A stretch of DNA of 18,898 bases from NCBI GenBank assembly GCA_963978095.1, contig CAXBQP010000053.1, positions 1 to 18,898 of the forward strand, read 5' to 3'. The stretch is from an uncultured bacterium (GTDB lineage Bacteria > Gemmatimonadota > Gemmatimonadetes > Gemmatimonadales > Gemmatimonadaceae). The notes beneath the pieces were generated by a model. That model saw only the letters and a program-made list of their open reading frames with translations. It was not told where the DNA came from and did no database searches. The position numbers and the translations under genes are program-made. Each line of letters starts with the position of its first letter. The stretch's first letter is position 1. Of the stretch, positions 1 to 7,684 are shown piece after piece.

Positions 1-2
1 GG

Positions 3-692
3 ACAGCCACCATCACGGCGACGAGCGAAGGTATCGCCGGAGCGTCGAACATCACTGTAAACAGTGGGTCGAATACCGTCAGCAATATCGAGGTGTATCC
101 TGGCGGCGCTTTATACGTCGTTGGTGACACGGGCACGTTCTTCTTTATTCCGAAGAAATCTGACGGCTCGGTTTACATTCCACCGGCTGGATTCGGTGTA
201 ACCGCTAGTGGCCCATACTACGGCGCTGGTCAGACGAGTTGCGGCCCGGAAGGCTGCTACCAGAAGGTTTCAGGGCAAAATCTAGCCAGCGGTTCCTCGC
301 CTCAATGCGGCAAGCTGACTGAGGGCGCGGGTGCGGCCACAGCGGGTGCAGCCGGCGGCGAGTACAACATGTGCGTGGTATCGAACGTGGCGGACTCCCT
401 GCACATCGGTAACCTATCGAGCGACATTCGAGTCAACGGTAGCTATGGGTTCTATGTGTACCTGTACATTTTCAGCAATGGAAGCAGCATGGCCGCGGCG
501 AACGTCGAAGTCACGGTGACCGCCGGGAACGCCGACATCACGCGCGGAACAACGACGGTCGGTACTCTCTCGGTGCAAAACCCATCCATCTTCGTAACCC
601 CTCGATCTACTGGAACAATCACATTGCAAGCCCGATTGAGAAAAAGTGATGGTAGTTATTGGACCACTAGTCAAAGCTTTGTTGCGAAATAA
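3..692 (+). CDS. C-terminal part of an Ig-like (Big_2-type) domain surface/secreted protein; 5' end lies outside the window
   Basis: The frame is open from base 3 (TATITATSEGIAGASNITVNSGSNTVSNIEVYPGG...), so the GTG at 93 is internal. TATITATSEG...ITV matches the typical end of bacterial Ig-like group 2 repeats. The rest is Ser/Thr/Gly-rich, looks beta-rich and has 4 Cys. Stop TAA at 690-692. Confidence 0.75.
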   Translation, partial: TATITATSEGIAGASNITVNSGSNTVSNIEVYPGGALYVVGDTGTFFFIPKKSDGSVYIPPAGFGVTASGPYYGAGQTSCGPEGCYQKVSGQNLASGSSPQCGKLTEGAGAATAGAAGGEYNMCVVSNVADSLHIGNLSSDIRVNGSYGFYVYLYIFSNGSSMAAANVEVTVTAGNADITRGTTTVGTLSVQNPSIFVTPRSTGTITLQARLRKSDGSYWTTSQSFVAK

Positions 693-754
693 ATAGCGGA
701 CCGTCGCGCGAAAACGCTCGCACGACGACGATCAGTCAGGCGTTTTCAGAAGGG

Positions 755-793
755 AAAGTGCCAGTCGCACCCCGCGGCTGGCACTTTTCATTT
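755..793 (+). terminator. Rho-independent terminator after the Ig-like gene
   Basis: AAAGTGCCAGTCGC (755-768), loop ACCCC, then GCGGCTGGCACTTT (774-787): a 14-bp stem with one G-U pair, running into a T-rich tail (TTTTCATTT, 785-793). Confidence 0.8.
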
Positions 794-881
794 CCGTTAC
801 CTATACCGTTCCTGAAAACCTCCGGGACAGGTAACTTTTCATATAACAGCGGTTCACCTTGCCCTACGACGCCCAAAACCG
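794..881 (+). promoter_or_regulatory. Probable promoter region of the BNR protein-amidase-fucosidase operon
   Basis: AT-richer intergenic stretch with a -10-like TATAAC at 842-847 and the inverted repeat GTTACCT (796-802) / AGGTAAC (829-835). Confidence 0.4.
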
Positions 882-3800
882 ATGCAAACGCGCTTTAGCC
901 GCATTCTCGCAACAGCACTCCTCGTCCTCGGCGCCAGCACCGGTCTCGACGCCCAATCTCCCGCCGCAACCGTCGACTCCGCCCTGCTCAAAACGCTCCA
1001 GTGGCGCAACATCGGCCCCTTCCGCGGCGGACGTGCCGACGCGATCGCCGGCGTCACGGGACAACCGTATGTCTACTACGCCGGCTACACCGGCGGCGGA
1101 CTCTGGAAGACCGACGACGCGGGGCACAGCTGGAAGAACATTTCCGATGGCTTTTTCCGAACCAGCTCCGTGGGGGCCATCGGCGTCGCCGAGTCGGATC
1201 CGAATGTGATCTATGTCGGCATGGGGGAGCACGCGGTCCGCGGACAATCTTCCTCCTATGGCGACGGGGTCTACAAATCCACGGATGCCGGCAAGAGCTG
1301 GAAGCACATCGGCCTGGCCGCCACCAAGCAGATCTCCCAGGTCCGCGTCCACCCGCAGAACCCGGACCTGGTCTACGTGGCCGCCCAAGGGGACCGCTGG
1401 AAAGGCACCGCCGACCGCGGGATCTATCGCTCCACCGATGGCGGCAAGAGCTGGTCGCTGATCCTCAAGGGCGCCAACGCCTTCAGTGGCGCGAGTGACC
1501 TGTCGATGGATCCCAACAACCCGCGCATCCTCTACGCGGCCTTCTGGGATCACCAGCGTCTTCCCTGGCAGGTGCGCTCCGGCGGTGCCGGCAGCGGCAT
1601 CTGGAAGTCCACCGACGGCGGCGACAACTGGACGCGCCTCGCCAACGGACTCCCGAAGCTCATGGGCAAGATCGGGGTCGCCGTCTCCCCGGCCAACCCG
1701 GAGCGCGTGTTCGCCATCATCGAGGCCGACAAGAGCGGCCTGTACCGCTCCGACGACGCGGGCACCAGCTGGAAGCTCCTCTCGGAAGACCGCAATATCG
1801 TCACCCGCAGCTGGTACTACATGAACATCACCGCCGACCCGGCCAACGCCGACGTGGTGTATGTCATCAACGCGCCGATCATGAAGTCCATCGATGGAGG
1901 CAAGACCTTTGCCACCCTCCCGGCGCAGCACGGCGACAACCACTTCCTCTGGATCAATCCCAAGGACGCACGCTACATGGCGAACGCCAACGATGGCGGC
2001 GCCACCATCAGTCTCGACGGCGGCAAGAGCTGGAGCACCCAAGGCAATCAGCCCACGGCCCAGTTCTACCACGTGATCGTCGATGACGCCTACCCGTACC
2101 GCCTCTACAGCGGACAGCAGGACAACTCGTCGGTGATCATCAAGAGCCGATCCGACGAAGGCGCCATCACCGAGGCCGATTGGCAGAACGGACCGGGCTG
2201 CGAAAGCGCCAACATCGGCGTCGACCGCAAGAATCCGCGCTATGTCTACGGCGGCTGCTACCAAGGCATCCTCGACGAGCTCGACATGAGCTCGGGCCTC
2301 CGCCGCAACATCATGCCATGGCCGGAACTGAACCTCACCGAGCCGAGCAACGAGACCAAGTACCGCTTCAACTGGACCGCGCCGGCGCTCGTCTCACGCC
2401 ACGCGGGAAATGTGATTTATCACGGCGGCAATGTGCTCTTCCGCTCCCCGGATCGCGGCCGCACCTGGACACCGATCTCGCCGGACCTGACCCGCAACGA
2501 CAAGGCCACCCAAGGACTCGGCGGCACCCCGTTCACGAACGAAGGCGCCGGCGGTGAGGTGTACGGCGCTATCGTCACCATCGCCGAGTCGCCGCACGAT
2601 GCCAACACCCTCTACGTGGGAACCGACGACGGCCTCGTGCAGCTGACGCGCGACGGCGGCAAGAGCTGGACGAACGTCACCCCCGCCGGTCTCGCCGTCG
2701 GACTCGCGAACGAGCTGGAGGTCTCGCCGCACGATCCGGGCACGGTCTACCTCGCCTTCCGCCTCGATCGGCGCGGAGACTACACCCCCTATCCCATGAA
2801 GTCCACCGACTACGGCCGCACGTGGACGCGCATCAGTACCGGGATGCGCGACGGAGAACCGGTACGCGTCATCCGTGAGGATCCCGAGCGGAAAGGGCTC
2901 CTCTACGCGGGCACCGAAACCGGCGCGTACCTCTCCTTCGACGCGGGCGCCCACTGGCAACCGTTCTCGCAGAACCTGCCCAACGTTCCGGTCACCGGAC
3001 TCGACGTACGCCACGGCAATCTCTACGCCTCCACCGAAGGGCGCGCCTTCTGGGCGCTCGATGACCTGAGCGCCGTCCGCCAGCTGAACGCCGACGTCGC
3101 CAAGGCCGCCGTGCACCTCTTCACCCCGCGCGACGCGATGCTCGTGCCGGGCAGCCAGGGGCGCAACACCGGCGCGGGAACCAACCCGGCCCCGGGCGCC
3201 AACATCTACCTGTCGCTCGCGGCCGCGCCGGATTCAGCCAACCCCGCCACCCTCGAGTTCCTCGACGCGCGAGGCGTCGTGATCCGACGCTTCGGCAAGG
3301 GAGCGGTCGGCAAGGGGGTGGCCGCTCCTGCCCCACTCACGCTGAAGGCCGGGCTCAATGCCTTCCAGTGGGACCTGCGCAGTGAGGCGCCGGCCAAGCT
3401 CCCCGGCAATGTCAACATCTGGGGCGGCCCGGGCGCGGGCTATCTCGTGACGCCGGGGAGTTATCAGGTGCGACTCACGGTCGGCAGCACGGTGCAGACC
3501 CGGAGCTTCACGGTGGTGCAGGACCCGCGGATCTCCGCGACGGCCGCCGAGATCGCCGCGCGCGACGCCTTGGCCCGCGCCATCGTCGCCCGCGTCGACG
3601 AGATCCACGAATCGCTCCTGCGCCTCCGCGATGTGAAATCGCAGGTCGCGGGCTATGTCGAGAAGGCCAAGGACGTGCCCACCGGCAAGCAGATCGCGGA
3701 AAAGGGCAAGGGGATCACGACGGCCGTCGACTCGCTCGACCCGCGCCTCTCCACCAAGGCGGCCAACGGGCAGGACGTCATCAACTTCCGCAACGGCATC

Positions 3801-4016
3801 AACGCGCAGTACGCCTTCCTCCTGGGCAACCTCGAAGGGAACGAAGTCCTCACGCAGCCGGTGCGTGATCGGTTCGCCGAACTCGAGAAGCTCTGGGCGA
3901 CGATGCAGCAGCGCATCAGCGACGTCGAGACGAGACAGGTCGACGAGTTCAACGCGCTCCTGAAAGCGGCGCAGCTCAATGGCGTGATCGTCACGAAGCC
4001 CAAGGTCGCGATGTGA
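882..4016 (+). CDS. Secreted BNR/Asp-box repeat (VPS10/sortilin-like) beta-propeller protein, often annotated as glycosyl hydrolase
   Basis: 1044 aa with a Sec signal peptide (MQTRFSRILATALLVLGASTGLDA). N-terminal WRNIGPFRGGR motif and about 11 Asp-box repeats (e.g. WKTDDAGHSW, YKSTDAGKSW, YRSTDGGKSW, FRSPDRGRTW, YLSFDAGAHW). C-terminus looks like a beta-sandwich followed by a helical tail. Confidence 0.9.
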   Translation: MQTRFSRILATALLVLGASTGLDAQSPAATVDSALLKTLQWRNIGPFRGGRADAIAGVTGQPYVYYAGYTGGGLWKTDDAGHSWKNISDGFFRTSSVGAIGVAESDPNVIYVGMGEHAVRGQSSSYGDGVYKSTDAGKSWKHIGLAATKQISQVRVHPQNPDLVYVAAQGDRWKGTADRGIYRSTDGGKSWSLILKGANAFSGASDLSMDPNNPRILYAAFWDHQRLPWQVRSGGAGSGIWKSTDGGDNWTRLANGLPKLMGKIGVAVSPANPERVFAIIEADKSGLYRSDDAGTSWKLLSEDRNIVTRSWYYMNITADPANADVVYVINAPIMKSIDGGKTFATLPAQHGDNHFLWINPKDARYMANANDGGATISLDGGKSWSTQGNQPTAQFYHVIVDDAYPYRLYSGQQDNSSVIIKSRSDEGAITEADWQNGPGCESANIGVDRKNPRYVYGGCYQGILDELDMSSGLRRNIMPWPELNLTEPSNETKYRFNWTAPALVSRHAGNVIYHGGNVLFRSPDRGRTWTPISPDLTRNDKATQGLGGTPFTNEGAGGEVYGAIVTIAESPHDANTLYVGTDDGLVQLTRDGGKSWTNVTPAGLAVGLANELEVSPHDPGTVYLAFRLDRRGDYTPYPMKSTDYGRTWTRISTGMRDGEPVRVIREDPERKGLLYAGTETGAYLSFDAGAHWQPFSQNLPNVPVTGLDVRHGNLYASTEGRAFWALDDLSAVRQLNADVAKAAVHLFTPRDAMLVPGSQGRNTGAGTNPAPGANIYLSLAAAPDSANPATLEFLDARGVVIRRFGKGAVGKGVAAPAPLTLKAGLNAFQWDLRSEAPAKLPGNVNIWGGPGAGYLVTPGSYQVRLTVGSTVQTRSFTVVQDPRISATAAEIAARDALARAIVARVDEIHESLLRLRDVKSQVAGYVEKAKDVPTGKQIAEKGKGITTAVDSLDPRLSTKAANGQDVINFRNGINAQYAFLLGNLEGNEVLTQPVRDRFAELEKLWATMQQRISDVETRQVDEFNALLKAAQLNGVIVTKPKVAM

Positions 4017-5473
4017 GTCTCCCCCCTCGCGAGGACCGCGGTGTGCCGCGCGGCGGCGACGACCTCTGCGACGCCACCGCGGTCACCTTGGCGGCATGGA
4101 TCGCACGGGGGGAGCTCTCCGCACGCGAGGTCGTTGCGGCCCACCTCGCACGCATCGAGGCGGTGAACCCCTCGCTCAACGCGATTGTCACCCTCACCGG
4201 CGACCGCGCCATGGCCGACGCCGCCGCGGCCGACGAGCGTCAAGCCCGCGGCGAACCGCTTGGTCCGCTTCATGGTCTGCCGATCGCCCACAAGGATCTC
4301 GTCGACACCGCCGGGATCCGCACCACGTACGGGTCCCCGGCGTTCCGCGATCACGTGCCCGCCACCGACGCGCGACTCGTCCGCTCGCTTCGGGCCGCAG
4401 GCGCCATCACCCTCGGCAAGACCAACACCCCCGAGTTCGGCGCCGGCTCCAACACCTTCAATCCGGTCTTCGGCGCTACCGTCAATCCGTACGACCGGCG
4501 CAAGACGGTCGGCGGAAGCAGCGGGGGCGCAGCGGTCGCGCTCACCACCGGCATGCTCCCGATCGCCGATGGCAGCGACACGGGCGGCTCGCTCCGGAAT
4601 CCCGCCGCCTTCACCAATGTCGTCGGCCTCCGCCCGTCCCCGGGCCGCGTCAACGACGACCTGGGCTCCTGGTCGCCGCTCTCCACCAATGGCCCCATGG
4701 CGCGGACGGTCGCCGACACGGCGCTGCTGCTCAGCGCGATCGCCGGCCCCTGCGACGGCAACCCGCTGTCGCTCGACGACGATCCCGCCATCTTCCGTGC
4801 ACCACTCGAGCGCGACGTCCGCGGCCTCCGCATAGGCTGGTTCCGCGACCTGGGCGGGATCCCATTCGAACCGGAGATCCGGCGCGTGGTCGGTGAGGCC
4901 CGTGCCGTCTTCACCGCCCTCGGCTGCGTCATCGAAGAGGCCGAACCGGATTTCGTCGGCATCGACCTCGCCTTCGAGACGTTGCGCCACCTGTGGTTCC
5001 ACGCGAACCTCAAACCGCTGGCGCGCCGAAGCCCGGAACTCGTCAAGGACACCATTCACTGGGAGATCGCCGAAGCGGAGCGGCAATCCAGCGCCGACGT
5101 GGCGCGCGCCCTCGCCCGCCAGGCGCGATTCCACGGGCAGGTCCGTGCCTTCTTCTCGCGCTTCGATTTCTTCGTGCTTCCCGTGACGCAGGTCGTCCCC
5201 TTCGATCACGCGATCCCCTTCCCGACGGAGATCGCCGGCCAGGCCATGCACACCTACATCGACTGGATGCGCTCCTGCTGGTACGTCTCCATGATGGCCG
5301 CCCCCGCGATCTCCGTCCCCGCCGGCTTCACCCGCGACGGTCTCCCGGTGGGACTTCAGATCGTCGGTCGTCCGCGCGACGACCTGAGCGTCCTGCAGCT
5401 GTCCCATGCCTTCGAGCTCGCCGCCCCACACGGATCGCGCCGTCCCTCTCTCACGCCGAGTGCCGCACCATGA
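4013..5473 (+). CDS. Amidase (amidase signature family)
   Basis: GPLHGLPIAHKD (catalytic Lys), GKTNTPEFG, GGSSGG and GSDTGGSLRNPA (Ser-cisSer-Lys triad motifs), C-terminal GLPVGLQIVG. GTG start overlaps the upstream TGA (GTGA). No signal peptide. Confidence 0.93.
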   Translation: MSLPPREDRGVPRGGDDLCDATAVTLAAWIARGELSAREVVAAHLARIEAVNPSLNAIVTLTGDRAMADAAAADERQARGEPLGPLHGLPIAHKDLVDTAGIRTTYGSPAFRDHVPATDARLVRSLRAAGAITLGKTNTPEFGAGSNTFNPVFGATVNPYDRRKTVGGSSGGAAVALTTGMLPIADGSDTGGSLRNPAAFTNVVGLRPSPGRVNDDLGSWSPLSTNGPMARTVADTALLLSAIAGPCDGNPLSLDDDPAIFRAPLERDVRGLRIGWFRDLGGIPFEPEIRRVVGEARAVFTALGCVIEEAEPDFVGIDLAFETLRHLWFHANLKPLARRSPELVKDTIHWEIAEAERQSSADVARALARQARFHGQVRAFFSRFDFFVLPVTQVVPFDHAIPFPTEIAGQAMHTYIDWMRSCWYVSMMAAPAISVPAGFTRDGLPVGLQIVGRPRDDLSVLQLSHAFELAAPHGSRRPSLTPSAAP

Positions 5474-6894
5474 CCGACTCGCACATGCCCCGCCGCGACT
5501 TCCTCGCCGCCTCCGGCACCGCCCTCGGCGCCGCGTTCGGCGCGATGCTCCCGCGCGGCGGGCGCCACGGCGACCGCTTCACCGGATTCCCCGAGTGGAC
5601 GACGAGCATCGGCGGCCCGTCCGCCACCGCCGCCGACCGCATGGCATGGTGGCGCGAGGCGCGCTTCGGGATGTTCATCCACTTCGGCCTCTACTCCGTG
5701 CTCGGCGGCGAGTGGGGGGGCAAGACGAACTACGGCGAGTGGATCCGCAACAACGCCAAAATCCCGATCGATGAGTACGAGAGGATGCTCGGCCGCTTCA
5801 ATCCCGTCGAGTTCAACGCGAACCGGATCGCGAAGATGGCCGCCGACGCCGGCATGAAGTACCTCGTGATCACCACCAAGCATCACGACGGCTTCTGCCT
5901 CTGGCCCACGAAACAGACCGAGTGGTGCGTGCGCAACACGCCGTACCGGAAGGACATCATGAGGGCCGTGGCTGACGCCTGTCGCGCCCACGGCGTGAAG
6001 CCCTGTTGGTACCACTCGATCATGGATTGGCATCATCCCGACTACCTCCCGCGACGTGACTGGGAGAAAGGGATGCGCCCGGAGAACGGCGCGCGGTTCG
6101 ATCGGTTCGTGACGTATCTGCACGCCGAGGTCGAAGAGCTCATGACGCAGTACGGCGAGATGGGCGTGATGTGGTTCGACGGCGAGTGGGAGAGCACCTG
6201 GTCGCAAGAGTTGGGCGCGGCGCTGCTCGAGCATTGCCACACACTGTCGCCGAATACGCTGGTGAACAGCCGCGTGTCCAAGCAGCCCGCCAACGGGCTC
6301 GAGGCCAAGCTCTCCAAGCCGGCGCTCGGCGATTTCGGCACCCCTGAACAGAAGATTCCCGATCGTGGCCTCCCCGGCGTGGACTGGGAAAGCTGCATCA
6401 CCATGAACCAGAACTGGGGCTACAACAAGGCTGACAAGGACTTCAAGCCGTTGCCCAAGCTGGTGGAGCTGCTGATCGAGACGTCGTCCAAGGGGGGCAA
6501 CCTGCTGCTGAACATCGGGCCCACGGGGACCGGCGCCGTGCCGACCGAAAGCGTGGACCGTCTCGCCGGATTGCACGCGTGGATGAAGGTCCACGGCGAG
6601 GCGATCCATGGCACGGAGGCCTCGCCGTTCGAGGGAGCCCCGTTCCGCGCGACGCGGAAGGGAAAACGGCTCAACGTCTTCCTCCCCGAGTGGCCGACGA
6701 GTCGGGAGCTCCTGCTCCCGGGCGTCAGCGCGGCCCCCACGCGCGTCCGACTGCTCGGGAACTCGGCGGCGGGATCACTCCCGTCGCGGGGTACGGACCG
6801 TGGGCTGGTGGTCACCCTTCCGGACGCTCGAGCGAACGCGGTATGCAGCGTGCTGGCGCTCGACATGCCCGCGCCAGTCCCCGCCGCCTATTGA
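5470..6894 (+). CDS. Alpha-L-fucosidase (GH29) with Tat signal peptide
   Basis: Motifs WWREARFGMFIHFGLYS, TTKHHDGFCLW, YHSIMDWHHPDY, MWFDGEW (nucleophile Asp), WESCITMNQNWGY and GGNLLLNIGP. Start placed at ATG 5470 (ATGA overlap with the amidase stop), giving the twin-arginine leader MTDSHMPRRDFLAASGTALGAAFG; 474 aa. Confidence 0.93.
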   Translation: MTDSHMPRRDFLAASGTALGAAFGAMLPRGGRHGDRFTGFPEWTTSIGGPSATAADRMAWWREARFGMFIHFGLYSVLGGEWGGKTNYGEWIRNNAKIPIDEYERMLGRFNPVEFNANRIAKMAADAGMKYLVITTKHHDGFCLWPTKQTEWCVRNTPYRKDIMRAVADACRAHGVKPCWYHSIMDWHHPDYLPRRDWEKGMRPENGARFDRFVTYLHAEVEELMTQYGEMGVMWFDGEWESTWSQELGAALLEHCHTLSPNTLVNSRVSKQPANGLEAKLSKPALGDFGTPEQKIPDRGLPGVDWESCITMNQNWGYNKADKDFKPLPKLVELLIETSSKGGNLLLNIGPTGTGAVPTESVDRLAGLHAWMKVHGEAIHGTEASPFEGAPFRATRKGKRLNVFLPEWPTSRELLLPGVSAAPTRVRLLGNSAAGSLPSRGTDRGLVVTLPDARANAVCSVLALDMPAPVPAAY

Positions 6895-7003
6895 GGCGCA
6901 AGCTGTACAGATTTTGTAATGGATAATTTCTGGACGTGCGCTCGTTGTACTCTGGCAATTGCGCACTGCAATATTAGGTTACAAAGTTGTAAGGAGAACC
7001 TCG
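6895..7003 (+). promoter_or_regulatory. AT-rich promoter/operator region of the signalling operon, with palindromic sites
   Basis: Sharp drop in GC. Inverted repeat TTACAA-AG-TTGTAA (6979-6992), related TACA-GATTT-TGTA (6906-6918), half-site TTGTAC (6945-6950), and SD-like AAGGAG (6991-6996). Confidence 0.55.
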
Positions 7004-7039
7004 ATGCGCTGCCCCCCCCGACTCGTTGAGGAACCATGA
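7004..7039 (+). other. Putative 11-aa leader peptide/uORF (MRCPPRLVEEP)
   Basis: AAGGAG lies 7 nt upstream of ATG 7004. The stop TGA (7037-7039) overlaps the ATG at 7036 of the next gene (ATGA). Contains a C8 tract (7012-7019). Confidence 0.35.
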
Positions 7040-7647
7040 ATCCAGCTACGACCGCCCTCGTCTTGATCGGTTATCAGAACGATCAGTTCGCCACGAATGC
7101 CATTCTCCGCTCGGCAATCGACGACGCGTCGCGTACGGATTCCGTCCTGGAGCGCACGTTGCACTTCGTCAGTCACGTCACCGAAACACCGATGACGGTG
7201 ATCGTGCCGCCCACGGAGTTGACGCAGCGTTTCGTGTCCGCCACCAACGCCAACGGGATTCTCTGGAAACTCCGCGAGAGCGGTGCGTTGCTTCCGGGCT
7301 CCAAGGGCGCCGAACCCATTCCAGAGCTGTTGGCCTATGGCGAGCGCTTGGTCACGATCCGGGGCAAGTCCGGGTTCAACGCGTTCCGGAACACGGACAT
7401 GGAGCGTGAACTGGGCACCCGCGGCATCCGCGACGTGCTGATCGCCGGCGCGATTACGTCCTTGTGCGTGGACTCCACGGCCCGCACGGCGTACGAACTG
7501 GGTTACAACGTCACGATGCTCACGGACTGCGTCCTCTCGGGCACCGCCGCGGAGCACGACCTGTACTGCGGGCGCATGTTCCCGCTCTACGCGCGCACGG
7601 TGGACAGCCGCACCCTGCTTCGCGAGTTCCAAGGCGTCGCCGCGTGA
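7036..7647 (+). CDS. Isochorismatase-fold (cysteine hydrolase family) protein 1, catalytic Asp replaced by Gly
   Basis: TALVLIGYQNDQF (family consensus about ALLVIDxQNDF), GKSGFNAF, GIRDVLIAGAITSLCVDSTARTAYELGYNVTMLTDC; 203 aa. Confidence 0.9.
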   Translation: MNPATTALVLIGYQNDQFATNAILRSAIDDASRTDSVLERTLHFVSHVTETPMTVIVPPTELTQRFVSATNANGILWKLRESGALLPGSKGAEPIPELLAYGERLVTIRGKSGFNAFRNTDMERELGTRGIRDVLIAGAITSLCVDSTARTAYELGYNVTMLTDCVLSGTAAEHDLYCGRMFPLYARTVDSRTLLREFQGVAA

Positions 7648-7684
7648 ACCGTACCGTCGGCACTCCCTGCGCCGGTCGCCCGTG

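Noticed and set aside
693..881. Possible c-di-GMP or other known riboswitch, or tRNA, in the intergenic regions (here and 6895-7035)
   Set aside because: I could not match the conserved motifs of known riboswitch classes or a cloverleaf by eye. An Infernal search would settle it.
1100..2960. Recurring DNA similarity such as GGCAAGAGCTGG as a CRISPR or tandem repeat
   Set aside because: Irregular spacing; explained by the encoded Asp-box protein repeats.
4993..5469. N-terminal extension of the fucosidase ORF in the track (633 aa)
   Set aside because: It overlaps the amidase and is low-complexity Arg/Pro-rich. The Tat leader and the ATGA overlap put the start at 5470.
6953..6970. Possible sigma-54 promoter TGGCAA...TGCA
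   Set aside because: The GG to GC spacing is 12 nt rather than the required 10.
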